Below are positions 12,143 through 26,279 of a stretch of 64,000 bases of DNA, one piece after another (positions within the stretch are counted from its first letter, which is position 1; the number at the start of each line of letters is the position of its first letter). Under the pieces are notes generated by a model, which was given only the letters and a program-made list of their open reading frames with translations, did not search any database and was not told where the DNA came from. Source of the DNA: Rhizophagus irregularis (Eukaryota); assembly GCF_026210795.1 (NCBI RefSeq), contig NC_089429.1, forward strand, positions 2,356,001 through 2,420,000, written 5' to 3'. Both the position numbers and the translations under genes were made by a program.

Positions 12143-12480
12143 TTATGCCCATTCGATATACTCACTTCCTTTAAACTTCTCCCTTAAATCTCTGAATTCT
12201 TCGCTTAAACTCAATTTAAATACAACATCACTTTTTCCTTCTGGCGTAGTAAAATCTTGATTCGACATAATTTCAAAGATATGTTTATTTGGTTGGCTTG
12301 AAGTAATTGATTGATGAGCAGGAATTTGAGACAAAAATATATCATCACACTTGCGACAACCTGCTTGCACAAGCTGTGCAGGTGTTATTCCATCATTAAA
12401 TAACTTGCGCAATCTGTCGCATCACAACTTATTTCTCTGTTTAGCTTTTTGATCAATATTAAGCTTACTTCGCATAAAAG
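12143..12480 (-). pseudogene. 3' fragment of a hypothetical protein gene, cut at its 5' side by the neighbouring element
   Basis: Coding-like ORF RKLFNDGITPAQLVQAGCRKC...KFKGSEYIEWA*, with no proper start; it abuts the element end at 12494. Confidence 0.35.
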
Positions 12481-12493
12481 AGATCACCCAGGA

Positions 12494-13410
12494 TAGTGAT
12501 GCGGGCGAAACCAAAATATTTCATTAAATGACGTAACTGAATTATGTTTCGTCATTACTCTATAAATTCTGAAAATCTGAAATATTTCGTCATGTGACGA
12601 AACTGAAAATGTAGATAATCAAATGATAATCAAAATTAAAATTAAATAAAAATATCCGATTATATACTACATTAAAAAATAGAACAATAGCTCTGAATTC
12701 ATTGTATTGTTGTAATCATGTAAATTAGTAATCATTTCATTCAACATCTTTATTCTTTATTCTTTATTCTTTACCCCTTAAATTTATTGATTATATAATG
12801 AGTAATTGAGTATATATTGTAATGTCGCATTATATTTTCACGTTATTTTGTAAAAAATGGACTCTTCAACTCAACAAAAAAAAAGAAAACTTAGTGGTCA
12901 CCCTCAAAGTGAAGTGTGGAAGTATTATGAAAAACAACCCCTCAAGTCATCTCCTGGTCATTTTTCAGCAAAATGTAATTACTGCAAGAAGACTTGGCCC
13001 CGTGGTCATGTTCATGAGTTAGAAGACTATTTAGCTAACAAGTGTAAAGAGTGCCCAGAACTTGTTTCTTCATTTTATTTGGGTGTAGTTTCTTCACGAG
13101 ATTTTGGAGATGAAGATACTACTATTCCTTTATCAGGAAATAATAAAAAAGGAAAATCCAGTTAAAGCAGCAAGAATTAACTGATTGGTTTGAATCAACA
13201 GATATACCTCCACAAAAAGTAGCTTCTATTACTCGTGTATTTGTACGCGTATTTACATGTTGTGGTATTCCGTTCTCAATTATTGAGAATCCATTTTTTA
13301 TCGAATTTTTTCATGAAATGAGACTAGGATACGTATCACCTTCACGCGATGTACTTAGTTGTAGACTTTTAAATCAAGAGATGGCAAGAATTAATAAAAA
13401 GATCAACATC
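12494..13410 (+). mobile_element. 5' part of a second hAT element with a truncated BED-finger transposase pseudogene (12857-13410)
   Basis: Terminus-like TAGTGATGCGGGCG at 12494. The ORF reads SEVWKYYEK...HFSAKCNYCKKTW...LANKC, then after a stop FTCCGIPFSIIENPFFIEFFHEMRLGYVSPSRDVLS. Coding similarity ends abruptly at ~13410. Confidence 0.8.
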
Positions 13411-14364
13411 AGGAAGTCACAGGAAAAATGTTCATCAAATGTACATCGGTCACTTGATGTACATCATAAAGAAACGCTGAACATCGGACCCTGCAATGTA
13501 CTACCAATGTCACAACATTTGATGTTCATCGCCAAATCAAAGATGTTCATCACCTGTACATTAACACATTTATTAATGATATTAAAATACATGCGTTATT
13601 TATTATTATACTATCATTATACTATACAAATGTATTATTAACTCTAACTGTAAATTTACTAGGTGAAAATTAACTATATATGTTATAAATTGGCATGATG
13701 GCATCTCTAGATAATTTGTAAAAATCATATTTTTACAATTTAATATTGCAATTTTTATCATCCTAATTGCTAATACTGCAATAAAACTTTGCTTTCTTAT
13801 TTACAATCTATAATCCAATTCAATCAAAAAATTGATATTATAAATGGTATCCAAAATTATCTTACTACTTTCAGTTTTAAAGTAAAAAAACATTATATAT
13901 ATAATATAGTAAAAATAAAATTTTAGGTTAACAATACTTTTATTATGCTTTTATTTGTAAATTTAAATAAAAATTCAATAATAAATTCTATTTCTATTTC
14001 AAAAGCATACTATTAATCAGTTTGTATAATATTCTATTTAGAAGAATATCTTTCAATACATTTTTAATGTATTTTTTAGTAATATTTATTAAGAAATATA
14101 ATAAGGTATGCAGTACAATATTATATAGGTTTATGGTATAATTTTGCATAAAATATAGACTGTAAATATAATATTTATGTTTTATAAAAAATTTTATCCA
14201 TTATTTCTGTAAAAACTCTGTAAAAATGAGCTTTTTATGGATCCATTCACAGAAAATGTAAATAATTTGATAGATTCCATGATATAAAGTTATTAATTCC
14301 AGAAATATGAACCTTTTATGGAAAAAAAATGGAATATAAAAAATGGATCAACTTTTTTTACAGG

Positions 14365-14884
14365 GATGTAAGTTTGTGAAGTTTATAAAGTTTAAATTTT
14401 AAAATCATGTATCAAGGATAATTCAATATCTAGTGATTGGATTTTGATGATATTTATACCTATTTATACCATTAGATTTGTCTTATCAAAAGGATTCAAA
14501 TGGTGGTAATTGCATCTTTATAGGATTGATATTTAGTGTGCATTTATGATAACTTCAAAAAAATATTTTTTACAATATCTTTTATTCTAATTATTGCAGT
14601 ATATTGGTTTTTAGCTCATTAGATTCAACTCATTTAGACGATTAAAATGGTGGTAAAATCATAATGATAGGCTTAACATTGACCAAGTTACAGTATCTTT
14701 TATATTATTAAAGACTTTTGAAAATTTGTTATTTAATTGAAAAAATTTACATAATAAGTAGTTTATATTTCCAAAAATTATAAAGCATAGAAACCATTTA
14801 TTGTGATAAAATCACACGCTCATCAACTGTTAACATGTGAGATCTACCTAATTTTAGCAAAACGATAATTTTGGTCACCATCTG
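14365..14884. mobile_element. Relic of a Tc1/mariner-like non-autonomous element (one end only)
   Basis: Ends ...TTTTGGTCACCATCTG|TA (TA-CAGATGGTGACCAAAA on the minus strand) and has two internal CATTAGATT...AAATGGTGGTAA motifs. The partner TIR was not found. Confidence 0.35.
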
Positions 14885-15522
14885 TATATAGTATAGTACA
14901 GGTTTTTACAAATTTCCAGTGTCGTAATCAATAGTAACATTAATTACATTTGCGTTTTGCGTAAATGACGGAGTTACAGGTCTTGTGCATGCGATCCGGC
15001 AGGATATTGCTAGTGATCTTGTTCTACTCTTCCTTTTGCTAATCCTATTAAATAATGTCCCAAGCTTCAAACTTTCGATCTCAGTTTCGGTTTCGACTAA
15101 CTGAAAGCAGTTCGACAAACAGATATGACGATAAATCACATGAATCTAAAAAGAGATAAAGCTTAAGTTGCCCAGTAACACATAGGTCTTGGTAATTTGC
15201 AACGAAATGTCATATGTTAAATAAATAAATAACTCGAACCGCGATTTTGGACATATCAGATATCAGATATATTAAATAATGTTTTGATCTGCTACTGCGG
15301 AATTTTTTTTGTAGCATTTATTAATTTTGTTGCTGTATTGGAATTCGGGCAACTTGTTGGTACTTACTTTCTTGTACACCTAAATTTGACTGTACCGGCG
15401 TATGCTGATCAGATTACGTAATCTCAAATTTTGATTTCATTTCTTTTTTAGGAGGGAATTCAAATTTTTTTTTTTCACGAAAAAGCTTTTTCTTTAAAAA
15501 AAAAAAAAAAAAAGACTGAACG

Positions 15523-16495
15523 ATGCCACCGAAGAAAAATAATCGAAAATGGAAAGTTTCTCGTGGTGGTGGACATAAGTTTACAAATCCACGACAACTT
15601 TCTGGTACAGGAAATGAAGAAGGAATGTGGGGTGTAAGTTATTAACTACAAATCAAATTACTTTATTGATCTATTTGCTCTTATTTGTTTTGTGTCAATA
15701 ATGTTTTGCTTTCAGTATCGAGATAAGAAAGAAGACGATTCTGAGGAAGAAAGTGAAGATGAAACGCCTAATGTTTCTTCTAGTAAAATTGAAAAATCTA
15801 AAAATAAAAAGAATTCTCAAGGATCTGATAAGGACGTATCAGGTGAAGACGATGGTGATATCGAAGACGATGATGATGACGATGACGATGACGATGATGA
15901 TGATGTATATATATATATTTATTTATTTATTATTTATTTTGTAACATTAATGTTAATTATATTATATCTTTTTAATTTATATTGTATTAGAATCGTTCAA
16001 AATTATCATCATTGAGCATTATTGATATAGAAAATCCAAACAGAACTAAAAAGGATAATTTGAAAGCTTCTGATATAAAAGATACACCAAGAGAAATGAC
16101 TCGGAGGGAAAGGTATTTAATTTTTATAGCGAATTGAAATATGTTGTTATTACCTATTTATTATTTATTGATTTATATTTATTGATGATTCACTAGAGAA
16201 GCTGCTGAAAAAGCGGCCTCACAACAAAGATATTGGAAACTTCATCAGGAGGGTAAAACTGAACAGGCTAAAGCTGATTTAGAGAGGTTAGCCATTATTA
16301 AGAAACAACGTGAAGAAGCTGCTTTAAGAAGAAAAGCAGAACAAGAAGGTATAATTAATTGATTTCTTCTTCATTATCTTGCTTTTCTTGCTTTTCTTCA
16401 TAAATAATTAATGAAATCAATTTTAAAAAATATTAGCTAAAGCTGAAGCACATAAAGCTAAGATAGCGAGCCAAGGACGCAAAATTAAAAAATAA
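15523..16495 (+). CDS. PDAP1: PP28/PDAP1-family heat- and acid-stable phosphoprotein (5 exons)
   Basis: Spliced product [24 protein letters not shown]...acidic tract...IENPNRT...[49 protein letters not shown] matches the PP28 signature. Confidence 0.85.
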
Positions 16496-17005
16496 TGACA
16501 AATTTGTATAGAATATGAAAAAATAATGTTTAATTATTTAATTATTTGTTTGTTTTAATAATTGTCATAATAATGTCTTTCCTTTTTTTCTTATATTAAA
16601 TTGTTTATCAAAGTTGTTAGAATGTATATTAAGTTTATAAGATTTTATCTTCTGTATTTATTCTTTCATTTTAATGATTACTATTAATTTTATTTTTAAA
16701 ATTAAAAAAAAATCAGTAAATATCATTTTATTATTTTGCTAACGCAATTAATAAAAAACAAATTAATTTTTATAAATTAAAATGTATTTTATACAATAAT
16801 ATTACACAATAAAAATAATAATATAAAAAAGTCATTAAATAAATACTGAAATGTTCTAAATAGTAGGATAAATAAACTAAAAAAACATAATACGTATGAT
16901 AAGAATCCTACAAACTATTATACTAAATATTTACACGTGTATATTAAAATCTTTCAATTATATATTATTATCCTTTAAAGGAATGTTTTTAACTTAAAAA
17001 TTTCA

Positions 17006-20000
17006 TTATCTACCTAATGCAGTACTGGTATCAATTTCGTCATAACTTTGCACAAAAAGATCTCCTTGAGCTTTAGCAGAACGTACAGCCTCTTTACGTG
17101 TTTCAAGATGGAACAAAGTTGACTTGAAATGTCTGACAACAAAGTCAGAAATATTACCTTCTGGTTCAACAAGAGCAGAAGAAGCAGAAGTTGGTGGATG
17201 TTGATCTGGATTTTCAATATTATTTAGATGTGTATTGATTAAATCTATTAATCCATTAAGATATTTAACAGTAACCTACAAAAGAAAATAATAATAATAA
17301 AGTGTTATTATTGTTAAATAGGCCTAGACTGTATGAATAATAAATAAATACTAACAGCTTCATTCTTTTTCTCAAAGTAATATATGTATCTATTCAAAAT
17401 TTCCACAAACAATTCAACATTCGTAACGGAATCCATACAAGAATCTGCGATCTTTAGTGCTTTCTGTAAGCATTCAAGAACCCTCTTACCTTCGCGGAAT
17501 AATTCCTAGTAAATACGTAAAATAATTAAGCAACATGTATATCTATATTATTGAGTAAGCATATGTAAAGTACCTCAGATGATTTAGTTCCCCTTCCCTC
17601 TATTTCAGTGGCCCACCATAAATGACTTGATAAATAAACTGCACGGCACTGATCGGGTTTTTTTAGCAATTTACTACCATGCAAGGCGCATTTAGTGATA
17701 AGAGTATCGTAATTCTCTAATCCAAATACGCGAATAGTCTGTAAGGTGCCGATAATTATCGTAATTGCTTGGAATTGAGCACGTGACTCGGAGATCGATT
17801 CTTCGTAAATTGTGAATGCCTTTTACAAAGAGTATGTTAATTTAAAAATACATGTCTAAAAAAGAATTACATCTATATGATATCGATTACATACTTGTAC
17901 GAAGAATTCATAACAAATTTCTTCAAAGCCGCATTCATCTGCACTTTGTCCTGCTAAAAGGAACAGTCTTAAACATATATCTGAACATTCAACTTTGTTA
18001 TACAAAATTGAAATGATTTGATGGATAAATCTGAAAAGGGATGAAGTCTTCTTTTCCCATCCATCATCCTAAAAATGGTAAAAATTTAATCAAAAATAAT
18101 CAATAAGTAAATACTATACTTTTGTAAAAGAAGCAATGATTAATACTTGCTTGATCTTCGAATCTCTGATATCTCCTTGCCAATTTTACAGCAGATGTAA
18201 CAAGAGCAGGGAACGTATATCGTATTCTTTCACCACCTTCGGCGAATTGTTTACGAGCAGTTGTAAGAAGCTAAATGAAAATTATATAAATAATTAATTA
18301 ATCACTAAATAAATAAATCAGTAAATAATGTTAGCATTATACCATAAACTGAACATCAGGGTCACTGCTCTGGAATAAATGAATAATTCTTGCAAGCCAC
18401 CCTTGTTCTTCTGCAAATTCTTCAGGATCCATCTTTTGTGAAGTCCCAATTGATCTCGTACCCCTTCCACCTGTAAGCCCACTGAACGGACTTGAAAGTG
18501 TAGCGTCCTTTTGATCGCGAATGAGAACATTACAAAGATCTAAAATTCCACTAACGTCTTCAGGTGTCTCAATAAGTGTCTCATTCTTTAGAATAGAAGT
18601 GACAATAGCATGAGCAATCGAACGACGTGTTTGAAAAGGTTGTTCTGCGAGAAGAAGAGCAGCATAGTTGGGTAAAGCAAGTAAAGTAAGGACTGTAGGG
18701 TACGAGTTAATAGGAGCCAAGAGAAGATTAAGTAAATTGGTAGTTGTGGTAGAACTATGAAGGTCGGGACTTGATTCCGCAATAAAAAATAAATATGAAT
18801 ATAAGATGAAAAGAACTTCCAATTAAAATAAAAAACTATTATATATCTCTTAAAACCACCAATTTACCTATCATGGAAGTCTAAAACTTTTTGCTTGGCA
18901 AATTCAATGACTTGATCAACATATTCAATCTTGTCAGGGTAACAACTCAATGACAAATTAACTAATGATACCAACAAGGCAGTGATGTCTTGAATAGACA
19001 AGTCGGGACGAGCCTAAAAAAAAAAAAAATGAGAAAACCAGTTCGTAACAACGATCGATTTTTGATTTATATACAATCTTTACGAACCTTAACCAAATCG
19101 ACAATTTGTCCCCAGAACACTTCAAAAAGTTTAACATCTTCAGGGATACCACGAAATCTTTTGACGGGAGGTTCATTTGATTTATTATTTCCCTGTTGTT
19201 TAGTTTCATCCGGTTGTGGCTCGGACGTTTGATTATTATCATCATTAATATTACCGAATTCGAATCCGGTCTCCCCATTTAGCTCTTCCCTCTCAAAATT
19301 ACCAAATTCAAATCCAGTATCCTCCTTTAACTTTTCCTTTTCCTCCTCTACTTCCTCATCCTCCTCTTCTTCCAAAACAAATTTTCCATTTGAATTTGAT
19401 TCATTATCCTCCTCCTCATTATAACCTCCAATATTTTGCTTTTTTAATTTTTCATAAAGCCTCTTAGCGGCTTCTTCCTTTTGGCGTTTAATTACTTCAG
19501 GCGGTTCAGAATCGGCCTCGCGAGCAGCATATGCCGCAAGACGATCAATTAATGCAATTACAATCTGCTTTACATTAACTTTTGGATGAAGTAACGCAGT
19601 GGCTGATAAATATGGACCAAGTGTTCGAAGATGGAAATCATCATGGAACACCTAACCGATCAAAATCGAAAGTTAATAATAACTACCGAAGTATATAAAT
19701 ATTATTTAAAATATCAAGCGTATATACCTGAATGATAACTTCCATTAAATACTCTTGTGCGATGACATCTTTACAGTTAATAACTTGTTCTAAAATACCC
19801 GGCAATATAGTCTGTACAAAAAAAATTAGAAATTAGTGTTATTTTTTTATTTAAAACCAATCACATGACCTATAAATACCTTTTGGTACAACTGTAGATC
19901 AACGCCTTCCAGCTGACTTAATCGAACTAAATTAGTACCAACTAAAATTCTTAATTCTTTCCGTTCCATCTCACGCTTCTCACGGTCTCTTGAGTGACCT

Positions 20001-20892
20001 TGATGTTGCAGGCGTACCCAAAGTTTATTCATTTCAATAAAATTAGTAAGGATAAAAGAAATTGAATCTTGAAGGTTGCCTTGTGGACTATAATAATAAT
20101 TATTATATATTAAAGACAATCATTAGGTCAATCACTATCAAAAAAATAAAAAAAAATTTTTCACTTGCCCATCATCATTTCCAACTGGTAATGAGTCTCT
20201 CGTCATTCCGCTCAAATAATGTCTCAAGAATAACCCACGAGTCGGGTGTTGAACACCACGAGACATTTCCATCATATCTTTCATAATTTCTTTGACCGGA
20301 GCATCCTTTTGTGACATATAGACACTACCAACCGTAATCATGAGGTATAAACGCGGAATTATGTTTCCGGCGTATTGTACTAATTCATAAAGGTCAGCAA
20401 GATGATGTTTTCCAGAATTATGTGCGTCATTAAGATATGTTGTGAGGTGTCGGAGAGCATCAAAAATTGCCATATCTTTCCGTAAAACATTTCGTCAAGG
20501 TTGATAATAAAATCGATCAAATTACAATATACATAAAATAAAAGTGATTTTATGCGTTTTAATTTTAGCTAAAAAATAAAATAATAAAAAAAAGATACAG
20601 AGTTCATAATAATGTTTTGGAGTTAAAGCAGATGTACGAAGTTCTGCTAACATCGTTGAACAATGCTTTAAACCATCCATGAGTTTGTTATTATCCTATC
20701 AACAAGTAAAACATTAGTTCATAAGTGAGAAGGTATTAAGCATTGAAAGTTACGAGATTATACTCAAAAGTATTTTGACAATACCAAGCATTTTTTCATA
20801 TGATGTGCTTGAACTCTAACTACATTCAGAGCCTCTTCTAAAAGTTTCATTTGATCCTCCATTGTTATGGAACTTTGAGAAGTTCTTCTCAT
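17006..20892 (-). CDS. VPS35: Retromer subunit Vps35 (multi-exon)
   Basis: Motifs [101 protein letters not shown] and [14 protein letters not shown], with GT-AG introns. Confidence 0.97.
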
Positions 20893-21096
20893 AGCCTTCT
20901 AGTGTCGTTGAAGAATGTTGAAGAATAGATTAATATCGAGCACTCGTAAAATTTAAACTCTTCCAACAATCAATTCATCATGATTGTACAAACATAAATG
21001 TCATATGACGGGCGATCTGAACATCAGCCGTGGAATTGATCATCAATCAGTACAAATCTTTAGCTCATAACCTTTTTTTTTAAATCGAATAATAAT

Positions 21097-21836
21097 ATGC
21101 CTCACTATGCCTCACCAACACAACTTCATAATCATGTATCACGGTTATTTACTGGGAAAATTATAAAATCTCTTCCAGTATGGTATTCGGCCATGAAAAA
21201 TATTCCACCTGGTCAAAGTTTATTACGTAGTCCTTTACAATTTCGTGAGGATAATTTACAAAACCATAATTTGCGCCTTCGGCGAGACACGAAGTCTCAT
21301 TCTCAAAAACATTTGAAAACAAAAGTTCCAAGACCACAAAAAATTTATTATATGTTAGATGCTTTGCGTAAAGATTTTTATCGTGATCATCCATATGAAT
21401 TATTAAGACCACAAATTTTGATAGAACAGGACGGTGGATTCGTGGAGAAGATTTTGGGCAATTTAAAATTTCCTTGCCGAGTTACTGGTGAAAAGTGAAG
21501 TTTTTATTTAATTTTTTTCTATAAAAATCTTAAACGTGAAGAAATATATTCGCTAATATAAAAATTTTTTTTTCTTTTAGTGTTATTAAATATCAAGAAT
21601 ATTTAATCAAAAAGAAAGGGATGTCAAAAAATGATGCATATATTCAAGCATGTAATGAATTTTATAAAATTCGAGCAAGAGAAGAAGTAGCAGAACGTGT
21701 TGCAGAAGAACAAGCATTATTATTTGGAGCTAGAGGAGGTCAATCTCAAACAGAAAGATCTTTATGGTTGGAACATAAAAATCTTCAAAAATCCGAACCA
21801 CAAATTATTACTCAAGTTTTAAGACTTGTTTCTTAA
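21097..21836 (+). CDS. RSM25: Mitochondrial ribosomal small-subunit protein mS23 (Rsm25-like), 2 exons
   Basis: Motifs PVWYSAMKNIPP, RPQKIYY..DALRKDFYRDHPYELLRP and AYIQACNEFYKIRAREEV. Exons 21097-21494 and 21581-21836 join in frame. Confidence 0.85.
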
Positions 21837-22028
21837 ACAGAATCATTTCCACCATTTATTTAAACCCGAAATATTTTGAGGTCATATTAGAAATAAAAAC
21901 AATCATTTCTTAAAATTATTCGAACAATAGTTATAAAATCACATATGATCTTTTATTGCTTATAATACAGCTTATTTTTAACTAAAGATTAAATAATTTA
22001 AATAATTTATTAAATAAATTATTATTTA

Positions 22029-22937
22029 TTAAAATCCTCCACCACTTTCAAGATACTCTATTTCTTCTTTGGTAGATTCTCTACCCAAATATTTATTTCT
22101 ATGAGGAAATCTGCCAAATTTTTCGATTACAACTTTATGCTGATCAGCAAAATTAGCAAAGATCTTTGATATTTCTAAATAAACCTATAAAAAAAAGAAA
22201 TTATTAATTTGCCATTTAAAAATAAATAATACTTAATATTCTAATTAATTACCTTGGGAGAATTTTCAACATTCCATTGATGCTTTCGTACACTAATTTC
22301 TTGATCTTCCAAATTTTCAGAATGTTCAAATGGCTGTAACAATAAATTGCGAAAATATTTAAATATTTCAATTTTAAGAAAAATATATATATATAATCGT
22401 TACCAAATAAATGAATTCTCTTTGGATAGGGTTCAGATCTTCATCCCATTTACGATCTACACAATATTTAGCAACATCCAATGCTATTGGATCAAAATCG
22501 GCGAATGGCCTTTTAGTTTTACGAAATATATTACGAGGAATTTGATCGAGTAAGATTGCTAATCCCAGAGTTCCCTTTAATATAAAGTCAATTTAATATT
22601 GTATTAATGCAATTGTACAATTAAAATGTAAATACCTCTGGGGTTTGTTTCATTTCATCAACATAACTTTTTTTCTCAAAAATTTCTTCTATTTCTTTAC
22701 CGAAACTATTCTTACATTCATTATCAATTAATTCACCACCTTCGAACCAAAATTGCATTAATGAAGGTGGAAGTGGTTCTCCATAAACGAATCCTAATAG
22801 TTATATTAAAGAAAAAAAAACCCTACTTCAACCAAAAACAATTCTTCAATCACATTTAAAGTTTTATCTTTAAAATACAAACCTTTAAACCAAAACGAAA
22901 GAATTCTCTTTTGTAATTGAGCCGCTGCGGATGACAT
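22029..22937 (-). CDS. DUF924-family protein (5 exons)
   Basis: Spliced motifs ILSFWF, LAILLDQIPRNIFR, FIYLPFEHSENLEDQ and HKVVIEKFGRFPHRNKYLGRESTKEEIEYL. Confidence 0.9.
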
Positions 22938-24047
22938 TTCTAAAGAGAATTTCCTGTGTAAAATAAGGTAGATCATTACATTTAATATCATTTTTACAAT
23001 GAATGCGATTGGTTAATGAGTGAAAAAGTCGTGTAACCAAATATTTCCCGAGTTAAAAGGCTAATTAAACTTTTTTGTGAAAAATTGAAATTCTGTATTC
23101 AATTACAAAGCATATGATGGGAGAACAAATCATCATGCGAAAAAAATTAAAATATTACTTCGCAAAATTCTGGACATTATTCCAATTGGTAGTTTCTTAA
23201 GAGAATGACACAAAAAAGGAATACACTTCTAATGAATTTAATGAATGAACCGCAGGCACTTTATTTGATTGGATGAAATAAATGCACAAAATGTTTGTTC
23301 AATTTCCATTTCAACACTTCTACTCGGAAAAATATGCAAACTTAAAAGCCACTTATTCCACGATTCATTATTCTTTTAATTTAAGCTCAAGTCGTTTGCA
23401 TGTGGATTTTATGTAGATTAGACAAGAAATAACGTGAATGCCGCATTTGGAACTGAATTGCGAAAATCATTATTAAACTTTTCGCTTTCATTTATACTTA
23501 TATGTATACTTATTTTAAAACGTTCATTGAAAACTCCTCCAAAGAGAATTAATATTTTTTATAATTTTCTGATTTCTAAAGTATTGAATAAAATATAAAT
23601 TCATCTTCAATAAATAATAAAATTTTTTTTTTATTCGTTCTGATGGCAACATATTGCATAATTCCCTTGTATTACGTCAGATAAACCAACCATTGTCTCT
23701 AATAATGTTAATTCGTGTTCCGAATATTAAGATCTATCACCGGTGTTTCTGTAACTATTTATAGATGAACCAGTGTGATAATTTTAAACATGCGAATTTC
23801 CAAATTTAGCTCATTCAGAAAAAAATTATAAATAAAATACGGAAATTTATCGGATTTTGCCATCAGCCTTTCTTTTTTTCCTTCTCTGTGAGAAGACCCA
23901 CCCTCCTTTCTTCCCCCTCCTTTTTTTAACTTTATACATTCTTTTTATTTTCTATTTTGTTTTCATCTCATGGAATAAAATAACAATTGTTATTCATTAC
24001 ATATCTAAAGACTGCGTCTTTTAATTTAAACAATTGTATATATTAAA

Positions 24048-25660
24048 ATGTCTACATCAAATTTTTGCGAGTGAGTTTTCTTTGGCTTTTTTTTTATTAA
24101 TTACTTTTTTTCCTTATCAATCAATGTTAATTGTCTCTTATTAATTATTAAAGGTTCACTTACGGCATACATAACTGCGAAGGGTCAAAAGAGTATAGAA
24201 TTTTGTATATAATTTCGATAATTATTTGGTCTATCCCTTGTATATTTTCTTTTTCTTTAATTTATTGGAAATTAGTGTATCGAAAGAATTTAAAATTATT
24301 TAATGATAAATTATTCTCTCCCGTGGAAGGTTTTCTGATATGGTGCGGAATTAGTAATTTAAGTAAGAATTTTTTTAATTTTACATTTTTTTTCTTTTCA
24401 TGATGCTGATCATTTTATTAACTAATTAATATATAGTGCGTATAATATACTGTTTTGTAATACTTTTTAATTCCTTTTCTGGATATCCGATAATTCGCGA
24501 TTTAATCTATGCATTCAGCTGGTCACCAGGATTCATGGGAATTTATAGTTTTATAGCAGGAATGTTTCAATCTATATTACGGATGAAATTTGAACAATTT
24601 ACAACATCGCCTACACATCGAACATTTGATAATGTAATTCATGAAAATAATGATAATAGAAGTAGATCAACAACAGTATGGATTCCCAAAGGTTATCAAG
24701 TGACCATTACTTTTTGGACTTTAATTATTTTACTTTTGTCTTTAACTACAACATCTTCTATTATGATGGGATTAAATCGAAACATTGTACGAGAAAACAA
24801 TGCTTATATGAAACATAATAAAGCATTTTTATATGCCAATGGTTTTTTGCATGGAACTTTTTGGTTTAATTGTACTTTAGTTATCGTCATCTTAATATAT
24901 CATGGAAGAAATTTGGTAAGAATGGTTAAAGAAAGTTTCGCGCTAACAGGAATTCAAGATGCAAGGAATAGAAATGTCTCTGATAGAATAAAAAGAAGGT
25001 TGGAAAATGCAAAAGTCGCCTTTGAAGCGTACGTTACTAAGGTACACTTTATTTCAAATTATTATTATTTTAAACGATTCACCTTTTTGACACTTATACT
25101 TTTTTTCATTAATTTTAGATACGCATATTTAATTATAGTATCTTTATTTTGATGTTATGGTAACGGATCTTTATCATTTATCTATATATTTTGTTTTTTA
25201 AATCAAAATTCACTCAAATGGCTTTTTAATTTAGGTTCAGTGCTAGTTTAATTCCTATTGTCGTAACTTATGAAAAGTTGTTTAGCGCTCTTTGGATTGG
25301 CTTGTTATTTACCGCAATTTCAAATTTTCTAACCCCAATATGTCTTATCGCGGTCTTAATCGGAATTTTAAAAGCGTAAGTAGAAGTAATTATTTTACCT
25401 TGTCGCGTCATCTAAAACGGATTTATTTTATTAATTCATAAATATAATTTAATTTTAACTTTAATAGAGAATTGAATCCAGATCGGGAAGCAGGTTTGTG
25501 TTTATTTATTAAAAAAATATTTTATAATCATCTATATTATTTTTTATTAATTGTTTGTTTATTTTAATTTTCTATATATACAAAAGCCACCGCAGAAGCT
25601 GTTATTGAACTCAATGAGATGAATTCATATTTTTCGGATGTTGATTCTTCTGAAGTATAA
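24048..25660 (+). CDS. Multi-pass (possibly 7-TM) membrane protein of unknown function
   Basis: Spliceable exons from MSTSNFCE through about 6-7 hydrophobic segments (ORFs 24203-24403 and 24436-25152 plus downstream exons) to TAA at 25658-25660. Exon boundaries are partly inferred. Confidence 0.65.
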
Positions 25661-26279
25661 AAAAAATAAAAAAAAATAAAAACAAAAAAAGATAAAAAAA
25701 AAATTACAGATAACAAAGAATTAAAGATGAATAAAGATTAAATTATAATAATAGTAACTTATAAATATAATTAGTAAATAATAACAATAACAATAATAGA
25801 AATAATAATAATAGTAAAATTAATAGTAATAATGTAATAATAATAATTGAAAATTTTTTTGAAATTTATTATTAATCACATCATGGGATGTGTTTGATGA
25901 AATTTCGATAAATAATCATATATATAAAAGGGGGTAAAATATTTTTATTAATTCTGATTATTATAATTAGTATTCAAAAAAAAAAATAGAATACTATTGT
26001 AAGTAATCAGATGATAAAGTTTTATTTCTCTTTTAACAAAGAATGTATAAAAGTATATAGATTATAGATATAGATTTTTTAATAAAGGAAGAAGGGATTG
26101 CACAATTTTTTTTACACGCTTGTCACACATCAATCATGTGATCTAATGTAGAATTATACTAATTTATATAATACATATATATTCTTCTCGCGCCTTTTTT
26201 TTTTTAGATATTTACCTATACTATTTAGTAACAAATACAACATAAAATGATAAATTATATTATAATACTTATGAACAAC

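Noticed and set aside
25660..25850. AAT/TAA microsatellite-like tract
   Set aside because: Ordinary low-complexity 3' UTR or intergenic sequence.
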